Under the pieces are notes generated by a model that saw only the letters and a program-made list of their open reading frames with translations, was not told where the DNA came from and made no database searches. The position numbers and the translations under genes are program-made. From Rhizophagus irregularis (Eukaryota): a stretch of DNA of 64,000 nt. Of the stretch, positions 36,857 through 48,524 are shown piece by piece. Location: NCBI RefSeq assembly GCF_026210795.1, contig NC_089432.1, forward strand, positions 1,922,001 through 1,986,000, in the 5' to 3' direction. How positions within the stretch are numbered: position 1 is the stretch's first letter; every line of letters starts with the position of its first letter.

Positions 36857-37438
36857 ATGAAAACACAGTTTATAATAAATGATAGGGAAATCGAAGTAGT
36901 AATAGATTCAGGAGCAGCAATAAGTGTAATAACAGAGAAATTAAGAAAAGAGTTAGATATACCAATAAAAGGAAAAAGTAACATTACATGTACATTAGCA
37001 GATGGAGGAAAGATTGCTTCATTAGGAAAGGTGAATACAGAAATAAAAGTTTATAAAGAATTAGTAATACCAGTAACATTAGATGTAATAGATTCAAAGC
37101 AAAAAGAAATGATTATAGGAAATGACTTATTAGATAAATGGAACGCAAATATTAACTATAAAGAAAGGATATTAGAATTAGAAAATGATGAAGAAATAAT
37201 AGATATACCTGTATGGTATATTAAACAAGTAGAAGAGTTAGAAGAATCTGACTATGAAAGTGAATCAGAAGAATCTGATTATGAACAAGAAGAAGGAAAG
37301 AAACTATATACGATAAAAGAAGTGATGGGAGAAAATGAGGAAGTAGTAAGGGAAAATGAGTTTCAGAAGGATAATGAGAGTTCAAGTGAAGAAAGTTCAT
37401 CTGATGATAGTGAAATATCTAGCGAAAATGAGGATTAA
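36857..37438 (+). CDS. Retropepsin-like aspartic protease
   Basis: VIDSGAAIS active site and IIGNDLL motif; acidic tail; reading frame open from 36800. Confidence 0.9.
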   Translation: MKTQFIINDREIEVVIDSGAAISVITEKLRKELDIPIKGKSNITCTLADGGKIASLGKVNTEIKVYKELVIPVTLDVIDSKQKEMIIGNDLLDKWNANINYKERILELENDEEIIDIPVWYIKQVEELEESDYESESEESDYEQEEGKKLYTIKEVMGENEEVVRENEFQKDNESSSEESSSDDSEISSENED

Positions 37439-37523
37439 ATTATATAAAAAGGGTTAAAATTGTTCCAAAAATGTAAAATTGTTAAGATAATAATAAGAAA
37501 TAAAACAATAAATAAATTTTAAA

Positions 37524-38904
37524 ATGATAAATGAAAATGGTAAAAATGAAATTAAATGGGAAAAGTTTGATAAAAAGATAAATTTGGGAGAAGTAACAGG
37601 TAAAAGAAAAGATGATATAATAAAGATAATTAAAAGTTACGAAGAAATATTTGAATATGATGAAGAAAAATTGGGAAAAGTAAATACCGTTAAACATAAA
37701 ATTGAAATTAGGGAAGGTCAGGAACCGATAGCACAGAAAAGATATAAGGAGACTGAAGAAAAAGGAAAGTTTATAAAGAAAGAAATTGAACAGTTATTAA
37801 AAATGGGAAAAATTAGAAAATCATGGAGCCCATGGGCGTCCCCAGTAACACTAGCAGGAAAGAAAACTGGAAATTATAGATTTTGCATTGACTATAGAAA
37901 ATTAAATAGTGTAACTAAGTCAGATGCATATCCATTACCGAGAATAGATGAATATTAGAAAAATATAGAATGGCAAGATGGTTCACAAGTTTAGATTTAG
38001 CAGCAGGATATCATCAAGTAGAAATGGCAGAAGAGGACAGAGAAAAGACAGCATTTATATGTTCGCAAGGGTTATTTGAATATAATGTTATGCCATTCGG
38101 TTTAAAGAATGCACCAGGAACATTTCAGAGATTAATGGATGAAATATTGAAAGAGTATATTGGAGAAAAGTATTAAGTAAGTTAAGAGAAAATAACCTGA
38201 TTGTGAAATTGAAGAAATGTAAGTTTGGTAAGAGAAATATCGAATTTTTAGGACATATAGTTGGAAGGGATGGTTTAAAACCAGATGTGAAGAAAATAGA
38301 GAAAATTAAAGAAATAAAAATACCGGAAACTGTTACACAAGTGAGATCATTTTTAGGATTGTGTTCATATTACAGAAGATTTATAAAGAATTTTGCGAAA
38401 ATAGCAAAGCCTTTATATCACTTAGTTAAAAAAGATGTACCATTTGAATGGACAGAGAAGCAACAAGGAGCATTCGAAGAATTGAAAATGAGATTAATGG
38501 AAAAACCAGTATTAGATTACCCAAATTTTGAAAAGGAGTTTATATTAATAACGGATGCATCAGGAGAAGGATTAGGAGCAGTATTATCTCAGAAAAATGA
38601 GGAAAATAAAGAATTTGTTATAGCTTATGCTAGTAGAAGTTTAGTTGGAGCAGAAAAGAATTATGCAATAACAGAATTAGAGTGTTTAGCAATATTCTGG
38701 GGAATTAAACATTTCCATAAGTTCTTAGCAGGAAGAAAATTTACGGTTATAACAGATCATTCTGCACTAAAAGGATTAATGAATGCTAAAGTACCTACAG
38801 GGAGAAGAACGAGATGGGTAATGGAGTTACAACAGTATGATTTTGAAGTAATACATAGAAGTGGTAAAGAAAATAAGAATGCAGATGCATTATCAAGATT
38901 AAAA
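37524..38904 (+). pseudogene. Reverse transcriptase - RNase H (frameshift ~37952; YxDD region deleted at ~38168)
   Basis: SPWASP, RFCIDYRKLN, LDLAAGYHQ, MPFGLKNAPGTFQR, then a jump to KVLSKL..KLKKCKF, FLGH. RNase H ITDAS, ELE, TDH, NADALSR. Confidence 0.93.
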
Positions 38905-39150
38905 TTTGAGGAAAAGGTTATAAAAAGGGACGTTGAAAGCTCAGATCAAGAAATAATGAAAATGGAGCATAATAAAGAGAAAAAGCTGAAATACGTTAAA
39001 TTTGAAAATAAATGGTATGAAGCTAAAAGATTTAAAGGAAAATGGGACGACATTAAATATTTTACCAACAAAGAAGCAATACTTCTGAATCTAGAGGAGA
39101 AAACAGAGAAAGAATTATTAAGGAAACTAGGAAGAAAGAATAAATCACAA

Positions 39151-39777
39151 GTTGTTATCGTAGATGGACCAGATGGTACAGGAAAGTCTACTGTAGTAGA
39201 AAATATGATCAAACGACTAGAAGAAAAGGATGATTTAAGAATAATATTTAATAAGTTTAAAAGAAGAAGAAATGATGATAGCAGATTTAAAGAACCTTCA
39301 AAAGAATATGAATAGTTATTTAGAAAACAGGTTGTGGAAGAAATTAACAGGAAAATAGTTGAATTTACAGATGCAGATATTATAATATTAGATAAGTCAC
39401 CATATTGTGAATACTTTTACCAAAAGACCAAAAGTTTTGACAGAGGATATATTACTCCATATGGGAATCATAAAATGGAGAAAGAGATATTTAAATATAA
39501 AGACATTATAGATAATGCGGTAATAATTTTCTTAGAGAATAAAGAATGTTGGAATAATTATATTGGAAGAGAAACTAAGAAAAGTAATAAAGGACATAAA
39601 ACATCATATGAAACGTTGAATGAAGAGGAATATATGGATATGGTGAAAATGTTTAAAGAGCATCAGAATATTTATGAGAATAAAGGGAAATATAAGAGAA
39701 TTAAAATTAAAAACGATGACAAAAGTTGGAAAAAAGTATATAAACGAGTCGAAAAACTATTAAAAAAAATAAAATGA
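39151..39777 (+). pseudogene. P-loop nucleoside/nucleotide monophosphate kinase-like domain (thymidylate/deoxynucleoside kinase fold), in frame after RNase H; internal TAG at 39313-39315
   Basis: VVIVDGPDGTGKST (Walker A), IIILDKSPYCEYFY (cf. ILDRS/DRY), VIIFLE strand; track ORFs 38203-39315 and 39334-39777 share one frame. Confidence 0.8.
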
Positions 39778-39926
39778 CTACTGAAAATATTGGAATAGGA
39801 ATATATATTTACGTTATACACAGGAATACGAATTATCACTGCGTGTTATTTGAAGATAAAAATATTAGGTTTATTTTACCTTTTGAAGAAGAAATAGAAG
39901 ATATACTAATTAATGGAAGAAGATAA
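39774..39926 (+). CDS. Small 50-aa ORF overlapping the kinase stop (ATGA) and the integrase start
   Basis: MTTENIGIGIYIYVIHRNTNYHCVLFEDKNIRFILPFEEEIEDILINGRR*. Confidence 0.35.
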   Translation: MTTENIGIGIYIYVIHRNTNYHCVLFEDKNIRFILPFEEEIEDILINGRR

Positions 39927-41989
39927 ATATAATGAGATAATTAAAAATATAGATAATGAACAACATTACAGAATAAAAGATGGCTTGTTATATAGAATAA
40001 AGGATAATAGAGAATTGAGAGTAGTAAGAAAATATGAGTTCGAAGGATTAATGTATATTGCACATGACCATGAATTATCCGGACATTTTGGAATAGATGC
40101 AACACATGAAAGAGTTAAAGAGAAATATTATTGGAAAGAAATGAGACGAGATATAGAAATATATGTTAAATCATGTGATAGTTGTCAAAGAAGAGGAAAA
40201 CCGATTGGAAAACATGAATTAAATGTAATTAAAGTTAAAGAACCATTTTATCAAATTGGGATAGATGTTGTGGGACCGTTACCAATAACAGAAAGAAATA
40301 ATAGATACATAGTTACGGCTATGGATTATTTTACGAAATGGCCAGAAGCTAGAGCTTTAGAAATAGCAGATGCTAAAGAAATTGCAAGATTCATTTATGA
40401 AGATATAATATGTAGACATGGATGTCCAAAGAAGATATTAAGTGATAGGGGAAGTCATTTCAATAATAAATTAGTAGAACTATTAATGAAGGAATTTCAG
40501 ATAAAGCACAATTTTTTGACACCTTATTACCTGAAGACGAATGGATTAATAGAAAGATTCAACAAGACACTATGTGAATCATTAGCAAAATTGAATAACA
40601 TTAAAGATTGGGATTTAAAACACAGGTCGAACAGATGTCATTGTCGCAAAATTTGCCTGGAATTTTTCTGGCAAATTGAGAATTATCCCGGTAAATTGGG
40701 GTAAATTGTGATACAATTTTGGGATAATGGAGGTCTTACAATTTGGCAAATTTTGTCAAAATGGCGGAATTCCTACAGAATTCCTAATTCAAATGTTGAG
40801 AAATTTTTCAGTAAATTATCATTAAATTGTGGGAAATTTTAGGCAAATCTTTAGTAATGATATGCAAACGAAGTGCAAATTGTGGTGAATTTAGTTAAAT
40901 TTTTAGTAATTTTATGCAAATGTAATGTAAATTGTGGTGAATTTTAGGCAAATTTTTAGTAATGCTATGCAAACGAAGTGCAAATTGTGGTGAATTTTGT
41001 TAAATTTTTAGTAATTTTATGCAAACATAATGCAAATTGTGGTGAATTGTAGTGTATTTTTAGTAATGTTATATAAATTGTTGAAAATTTAGGTGAATTT
41101 TTCAACAATGTTGTGCAAACGTAATACAAATTGTGGTAAATTTTGCATTTTTTCGGTAAATGTTAGTTAAATCTTTGAATAATTTAGTGAAATTTAGGAT
41201 AATTTCGGACAATTGAGTGAAAATGTTTTACCGATTTTGGACAATTGAGTGTAAACGGTATAAAATGCAACATTTTCGGAGACAATTTAGTGAAATTTTG
41301 CAATAATTTTGGACAATTGAGTGAAATTTTGCAATAATTTTGGACAATTGTGTGAAATTTAGTAATAATTTTAAACAATTTAGTGTGAACGCCATGACAA
41401 TTTGAAACACTGGTTTAATAATTTTACATAATTTATTATAATATTATTTATTAATAAATGCACAATTATTATTATTTAACGATAATCTATATTCATCGGA
41501 TATCCAATGATCTATGGATCCACACCTCTAATTCAATCATATATCAAATGTCCAGTGCCAAATTAGAAGCCGGTGAAAACCTAAAAAGAAAAAAAAAAAC
41601 GAAGCGTTAATAACGTTTTGTCGAAAAAAATCAAAATAAAGAAACATTTCGAAGTATACCTTCGAAATGTTCCTTTCGTTTTCACTGTTCCCTTTCGTTT
41701 CCCCCATTCATTTTCACCTTCCCCGTTCATTTTCACCTTCACCTTTCATTTTACCCTTTTCACCTTTCGTTTTTCCTTTTCCCTTTTCGTTTTTCCTTTT
41801 ATTTTTGTTTCCTCTTCCCTTTTTGTTTCCTCTTCCCTTTTTGTTTACTCTTTCCTTTACGTTTTACCCTTTCCTTTTAGTTTTCTCTTTTCCCTTAAAG
41901 AAAAATAGAAAAAGAAACAAAAATTTAATAAATTAGATATAAACAAAAAAAAAATTTCCCCTAATTCCCTTTCTCTTATTACCTTTCAC

Positions 41990-43050
41990 CAAAGTCCGGA
42001 TCGTAATTTCGTCCGGCGTTCCTACAAGAAGGAAGAAAAGAAACGTCAGTTAACGTTTCTTAAAAAAAATAATAATTAATTAAGTTTCGCAACACAATGT
42101 TGCGAAACTTACCAGTTCGTTTTGATTTCCATTATCCAAACGTCCGGAACCTACAAAAAGAAGGAAAGAAACGTTAGTTAACGTTTCTTTTAATAAAAAA
42201 AAAATAAAAAATTAAGTTTCGCAATGTAACATTGCGAAACTTACCATCATCCTAACGTCCGGAACCTACAAAAAGTAAAATAAAGAAATGTTAGTTAACG
42301 TTTCTTAAAAAGAAATAAATAAAAATAAAGTTTCGTAACACAATGTTGCGAAACTCACTGGTTCGTTTCGAACTCATCATCCAAACATCCGGCATTCCTA
42401 CAAAAGAAAAAAGGAAACTTAGAAACGTTTCCTTACAAAAAAAAAAAAAAATTTTTTTTAAGTTTCAAAGCGTACAACAACATGCTTCAAAACTTACTGA
42501 TTCGCCTTCCAAAGTCGAATATCAAAGAATCTACAAAAAAAAATAGGAAACGTTAGAAACGTTTCCTTACAAAAAATTAAAAAAAAATAATTTTTTTTTA
42601 AAAAGTTTCGAAGCGAAACGCTTCGAAACTTACCCTTTCGGTTCCTTGCTTCCCGAAGTCGAATACCGAAAGACCTACACAAAAAAAGAAAGAAAGGAAA
42701 CGTTAGAAAAGTTTCCTAAAAGAAATTAAAAAAATTCAAAAAGTTTCAAAGCATATGCTTCGAAACTTACCATTTCGAATCCCAAAGAAGCATGCCGAAA
42801 GACCTACACAAAAAAAATAAAGGATCGTTAAAAACGTTCCTTATAAAAGTAAAAAAAAAATTTTTTTTTAAAGTTTCGAAGCGAAAATGCTTCGAAACTT
42901 ACCATCATTTCGTTCCCTCGTTTCCTAAAGTCAAAACATCGAAAATCCTACAAAAAGAAGAAAGGAAACGGTAGAAACATTTCCTTACAACAAAGAATTA
43001 AAAAAAAGAATTTAAAAAAGTTTCAAAGCGTTTCGCTTCGAAACTTACCA
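41990..43050. repeat. Tandem array of ~8 units (~115-150 bp), each with two palindromes
   Basis: Recurrent AAGAAACGTT..AACGTTTCTT and AAGTTTCG..CGAAACTT separated by A-tracts. Confidence 0.85.
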
Positions 43051-43804
43051 TTGTTTTTCTGAAGGATGATTCCGGGGAAGGGGAAAGGGGAGAGAAAAGG
43101 GAAAGAGTGGGAGAAAAATAGGGAAGGAAAAGGGCAGAGGGAAGAGGAAGAAGGGGAGAGAAAAAGGGAAGGTGAAAGTGAAAGAAGGAAGGGGAAAGTG
43201 AAAGAGGGAAGGAATGGGGAAAAAAAGAGGGAAGGGAAAGGCAGAGGGAAGAAGAAAGAAAGAAAGAGGTATGGTGAAAGCGAAAGAGGAAATGGGAAAG
43301 GACAAAAGAAAAGAAAATTGAGAGCCGTGAAAAAAAAAATTAAGCTTTTGCTAAAAAAAGCTTAATTTTTTTTTTGTTGTACCGCAGCTAAAGCTGCGGT
43401 AATTCCGTAATTATTAAGTAATATCACGTGATGCACATGATAAAAATTTAATATAAATAGGGGCTTTTCTCCAAAACTTTTTTTTCTTTTTTTTTATAAA
43501 TTTAATGATAGATGTATATATATACTTATATATATACATATATATATATCTATCTAATAACTTTACGAAAAGCCCCTCCTTTGTAAACAGGTAGAGGCCA
43601 TAGAGTACCTATAGGGGGAGAGCCATTGCTGCTCCCTCCGCCTGTTTATAGTGACAAAAAGAGGGAGTCTTCAGTAGTAAGGTTTAGTATTAAATTAAAC
43701 AACACATCGTGTATATTGAATATACTGATGTGGTTAGTGTTAAATAATGCATATTTTAACGTGATTATAAATATTGTAAATTAAATAATGTTCATATTTT
43801 TTAC

Positions 43805-44068
43805 AAATAAATAAAAATTATCCTAACAATTTTAATGTAATTAAGTGTAATGCTACGTTATCCAGTGTAATTGTAGTATTTTTTTGTGTTTTTTAGTGCA
43901 ATTCCACATTTTCTAGCATAATGTTACATTTTCCAGCATAAATAAAAATTATCCTAATAATTTTAATGTAATTAAGTGTAATGCTACATTATTCAGTGTA
44001 ATTGTAGTATTTTTTTGTGTTTTTTAGTGCAATTCCACATTTTCTAGCATAATGTTACATTTTCCAGT
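43805..44068. repeat. ~132-bp tandem duplication
   Basis: ataaataaaaattatccta..aatgttacattttccag occurs twice in succession. Confidence 0.8.
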
Positions 44069-45488
44069 ATAATGCGAAATTTTCTAAAAAATATGATAAT
44101 TGTGGTACTTTTTAGTGTAATGCTACATTGTCTAATGTAATTGTGGTATTTTTTAGTGCAATGCCCCATAATCTAGTATAGTGCTACATTTTTTAGTGTA
44201 ATTTAGTGTAATTTAATGTAATGTGGAATTTTCCAAAAAATGTGATAATTGTGATACTTTTTAGTATAATTTGGTGAAATGCTACATTTTCCAGTATAAT
44301 GCCATATTATTGAGCATTTTCAAAAAAAAATCATAACATTTTAACATTCTGACGAAAATGAAACATTTGACCAAAAAACCGTAAAATTTGCTGAAAATAT
44401 GCAACATTTGACAAAAAATATAGAATTTTCATAAAAAAATGCACCATTTGCCAGAAAATCGGAATATTTGACAAAATTTGATTTTAATTGACAATGTTAT
44501 AACAATTTTATGAAATGTTATTACAATGATGTCACATTGGAGATAAAATGCGGCATTTTCATAAAAATGCACCATTTGCAAAAAAATTGAAACATTTAAC
44601 AAGAAAAAAGCAAAATTTAATTTTAATTGACAATGTTATAACAATTTTATGAAATGTTATTACATTTGAGGCAAAATGTGGAATTTTCATAAAAATGCAC
44701 CATTTGCAAGAAAATTGGAGCATTTGACAAAAAAAAAGCAAAATTTGATTTTAATGACAATGTTATAACAATGTTACGAAATGTTACAAAATGTTACATT
44801 TGAGATATAATGTAGCATTTTCCCAAATTTTCATAAAATTTGCTAAATCGGACAATGTTGTAACAATGCTATTCCAAAAAATTGCTCAGCATAATGCAGC
44901 ATTTTCCACAATTTCCCACCATTTTCCAGAAAAATGTGGAATTAGCATTTTTTGAATTTTGGACAATGGTGCCCCTTCGACCTGTGAAAGTACCAGGAGT
45001 TTTATTTGCATATAGAACAAAGAAGAATGATTCGACCAAGTTAAAACCAGGATATCTAATATATGGAAGGGAAATGAAGACATTATTAAATTTAGAAGAT
45101 GAAAATGTTACGATAACACAAAGAGTTAATAGTTTAATGGAAGATCTACCAAACATTAGAAGCCAAGCTAAAGAAAATATAGAGAAATCTCAAGAAAAAC
45201 AGAAGAAATATCATGATAAGAAATATAAGACGAAAAAGAATTTTCAAATAGGGGATAAAGTACTATATTATGACGTAGCAAAAGAAAAACAATGGTCTGG
45301 AAAACTAGAAGAAAAATGGAAAGGACCGTATTATATACATGAAATAATTTCTAAAGGATCTTATAAAATTAAAACTATGGAGGGAAGAATACAGAAAATG
45401 CCAATAAATGGAGAATTATTGAAGGAATATATTAACAGGTCAAGTTTCAAAGTTATAATTAGAATTTGATGGGACTCAAATTTTTCTT

Positions 45489-45499
45489 GGGGGGATAGC
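45489..45499 (+). promoter_or_regulatory. Polypurine tract
   Basis: ggggggatag immediately before the 3' LTR, preceded by a T-run. Confidence 0.7.
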
Positions 45500-46191
45500 T
45501 GTAACCCGAGAAATCAGGATAATCACGTGAGTGGATGAATAAAAGACCAAATGGAACAAGGATAAATAATTAACCGATGGATAAATAATTAGCCGAAGGA
45601 TAAATAATTAACTGATAAAATAATATTTATAGTTTAGTTTAGTTTAGTCATGAGATAGTCATATGATAATACATCTTTATTTTCTTATTATTCTTAAATT
45701 TTTATTAGTAGAAAAGTTAGAAATAGTAGAAATAATTTTCTTAAAAATGTATAAATATAGGTGGGATTCGTTAGGAATTCCGCAGTCAGTTTTTGACTCA
45801 AATTTAATAAAACAAATATTAATTATTAAAAGTTATCTTGAATATGCTTATTGTACGCTTGAGAATTAATTAATATTATATTATTAAGTCCAGAAAAGTA
45901 AAGAAAAGGAAGTTATTCTCGTTTCATTGTATGAAATAAGAAGTTAGAAGAACTCTCGCAGTTTATAATAAATAAAGTGGTAATATTTGAAAGAATAAAT
46001 ATTACATAAAGAATAATATTTTGGGAATATTATGAATGAGTGGTAGTATTTGAAAGAATAAATATTACGAATATATGAGAAAGAAAGCGAGAAGTTAAGA
46101 GAAAAATAAAATCTAAACCAAGCAGAATAACGAGAAATAAAGTTGTAATGAGAAAGATGTGTTTATCCACGGGTGGCAGACGTGGGTGACA
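45500..46191 (+). repeat. 3' LTR
   Basis: 692-bp direct repeat of 30321-31012. Confidence 0.97.
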
Positions 46192-46539
46192 GCGTTTGAC
46201 TCTTGCACCTAATCCATTTCGATGTAAGGTCCTTTTCACTGTACTTTCACTGACTCCTATCTGCTCTTCAATTTTTAATTTTTTTTTAATAGCTACTGCA
46301 TTAGTACACACCCCTGTTGTAATATACCGCAAAACTTTTCGCTCATTTTGGCCTGTTAAGAGTCTTGGACGTCCAGATTTAGGTTTATCTTTAAAGGTTC
46401 TAGTAGCATCTTTACGCTTCTTGATTCTTATAACAGTTGATTGTGAAATTTTTTCTTTATCCGCTACATACCGGGAAGGATAACCTTCTTCAAGAAGAGC
46501 ACAAATCCTAGACCTTTTTTCGATAGATAAATAAACCAT
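46192..46539 (-). pseudogene. Tc1 transposase, N-terminal HTH part
   Basis: MVYLSIEKRSRI..SGRPRLLT..VSESTVKRTLHRNGL (GRPR linker). Continues across the gypsy TSD at 30316-30293 and then at 21498. Confidence 0.93.
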
Positions 46540-48356
46540 AGTTAGTTTATAAAATTAAAAAAGGAAATGATATGCTGGCACCTTTTTATACTTTTTCATT
46601 GTTGTTTTGAAGCGTGAAAAAAAATTGTTTATTATTGAAGAAGGTTATTTTAGTAAATGGTCAAAAGAAAAGGATCGCGTGTTTTAAGAATTTTTACATA
46701 TGGCGAGTGGATTTTTAAGTCAATTGAAAAAAAGATGGACGAGATTGATAAAATAAAGTATGCCGAATTTATTAAATTAGAATTTGTACCTCCATGACCA
46801 CTGTGTTACGAAAGATCACCATTTTACATTTTTCATTTCGGTGATGCATTACTTTTGACCGCCACTGTATATATTAAATAAATAATAAAACAATATCTAG
46901 TATTCTGATTTAAAAAAAAACAAATGTCTATTATCTGATTAAATATTTACATTAAATTGCTAAAAGCTAAACTGCTTTAGCTTGAAATCAAGTAATTACA
47001 AATAGAAAGATAAAATATATATAGCTTGTTGGATTGTTTTTTTGAGATATTTTAAATGGTAGCAGTTTTATACCTTTAGGATTAATAAATAAATAATAAA
47101 ATATTAACATTTTCTTGAAATAATTTTTTATATTTTTAAATATTTATAAATGCTAATAACTTTTATTTATTGATAATAGAAATTCCACTATTTAGCATAT
47201 TTTGATGAGACAAAGACAACAAAATATAATTTATTTATTTATGATTACTGAATAATTAGTTAAAATATTTACATTCATAATGCTGGCCAAATTTGCAAAC
47301 GGACATTTATGTCCGTTTTATAATTCCGGCCAAATTTTGCTGGGCGAAATTATCTTAATTCTGGCCAAATTAATGTGTAACCTTAAAAAAATTTTTGCCT
47401 TTTTTATAGTTACAAGGTGGTACAAAATGTACATTAATGCAATCCTTGACTATGAGTTTATAAGTAAATATCCGGTCAAAAGTTATAAAATTGCCTTATT
47501 TGTAATTAAATGTTGGTAAGTTGTTTGGACCAATCAGATCTCGTGGGCTAATCTGGCCCATGGGCAGTTTATAAGCTAGGATGTAGTGCACGCCCACTTA
47601 GCTTAGAAACTATGCCGATCATTTGGCTGGGGTGGATGCTTAAATCTCGCATTCCAAAAAAGAATTTTTTATGCCGATCATTTAATTCTGGCCAGAATTA
47701 AATACGTCATGTGATTTTAAAAAAAACCGAAAAAAAATTGTCAAATGTCAAAAATGACATTCAAAATGATATTTGATGCTTTAAGTAAACTTGCAGAGCA
47801 GGCAAAATACACATACTGTACATCTTTTAAAAAAGTTTGTATATTATTTTACAAATTTGTTACAAAATAATACAAGATTTAAGAATCATACAGAGGGTGA
47901 GATACATATTTATTCTTTCTTTAAATGACGCCAAAGATTGGTCATATTGGAGTCACTATTTACCAATTTTTTGTAACCAAGTCTTTTTACCTTTACAGGT
48001 TTAAAAAGGAATTATGAAATAATAATTAACAATATAAATAGTCAATATTAAATGTATATTTTAATTAAAAATTATTTTAAGCTAAGGCACCTAAACGATG
48101 CATATTTACATCTTTATGTTCTAGTGAGAGATCTTTCTCCTTGAAGAGATTTTTAATAAAAAGCTTACTACACAAAACTTTTCATTTCCCAAGTTGAGAT
48201 GTTGGTTCAGCTTAGTAAAGTTCTTACGAGTATAACACTAATAACAATAAAAAAAAACTTTCCCATTACCGTTGGAAAAAAATACATCATCCAGGTCACC
48301 AATGGGTTTAGTCATACAGGTTACAAGTCATTACAGCAAAATTCAAAATATACCGG

Positions 48357-48524
48357 ACACTTGAGAAATTTGATTGTCAGGTTGTCGAGCCGGTTGTAAA
48401 AAAAAATAATTTATTAACTTTTATTTATAATCTGATATACTACTATTTACTATTATACTCGTCACGACGTCACGTGCTATTTATATGGCTACCCGACAAC
48501 CCGACAATGAAATTTCTCAAGTGT
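48357..48524. mobile_element. Small inverted-repeat element (putative MITE)
   Basis: acacttgagaaatttgattgtcaggttgtcg / cgacaacccgacaatgaaatttctcaagtgt; TSD unclear. Confidence 0.6.

Larger units (their letters stand above)
40621..44986. mobile_element. Non-autonomous CAC...GTG TIR element (CACTA/CMC-like), 4366 bp, 3-bp TSD AAA
   Basis: TIR cacaggtcgaa / ttcgacctgtg; AAA on both sides; subterminal tandem repeats; no transposase ORF. Confidence 0.9.
39913..45469 (+). pseudogene. Integrase (39913-40620 + 44990-45469), split by a nested DNA element
   Basis: HHCC (AHDHELSGHFG..CDSCQ), DDE (GIDVVG, SDRG, IERFN) and GPY motif. Removing the insert and one AAA restores WDLKVPGVLFAYRT. No chromodomain seen. 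Confidence 0.93.
30321..46191 (+). mobile_element. Ty3/gypsy LTR retrotransposon (~11.5 kb native) with accessory ORFs and a kinase-like domain
   Basis: 692-bp TG..CA LTRs, 4-bp TSD GCGT (30317-30320, 46192-46195), domain order gag-PR-RT-RNH-IN. Confidence 0.97.
20556..46867 (-). mobile_element. Tc1-family (DD34E) DNA transposon, interrupted by a LINE and a gypsy element
   Basis: ~85-bp TIRs beginning cagtggcggtcaaaagtaatgcatcaccgaaatg at both ends, TA TSD; transposase pieces just inside each end. Confidence 0.95.
18139..47634. mobile_element. Foldback-like non-autonomous TIR element (~3.2 kb native) with 8-bp TSD GATGCTTA; outermost layer of the nest
   Basis: caccccagccaaatgatc.. at 18139 and ..gatcatttggctggggtg at 47634. 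~360 bp of near-identical inverted repeat, with looser inverted similarity further in. gatgctta at 18131-18138 and 47635-47642. Confidence 0.92.

Noticed and set aside
41990..43050. Palindromic repeats that superficially resemble a CRISPR array
   Set aside because: Eukaryotic context, no cas genes, and the intervening sequences are themselves repeated rather than unique spacers.
43045..43365. K/E/G/R-rich and F/P/S-rich ORFs (also 41618-41936)
   Set aside because: Translations of low-complexity purine or pyrimidine tracts.
43381..43420. Hairpin resembling a Helitron 3' end
   Set aside because: No CTRR terminus follows and no matching 5' TC end was identified.
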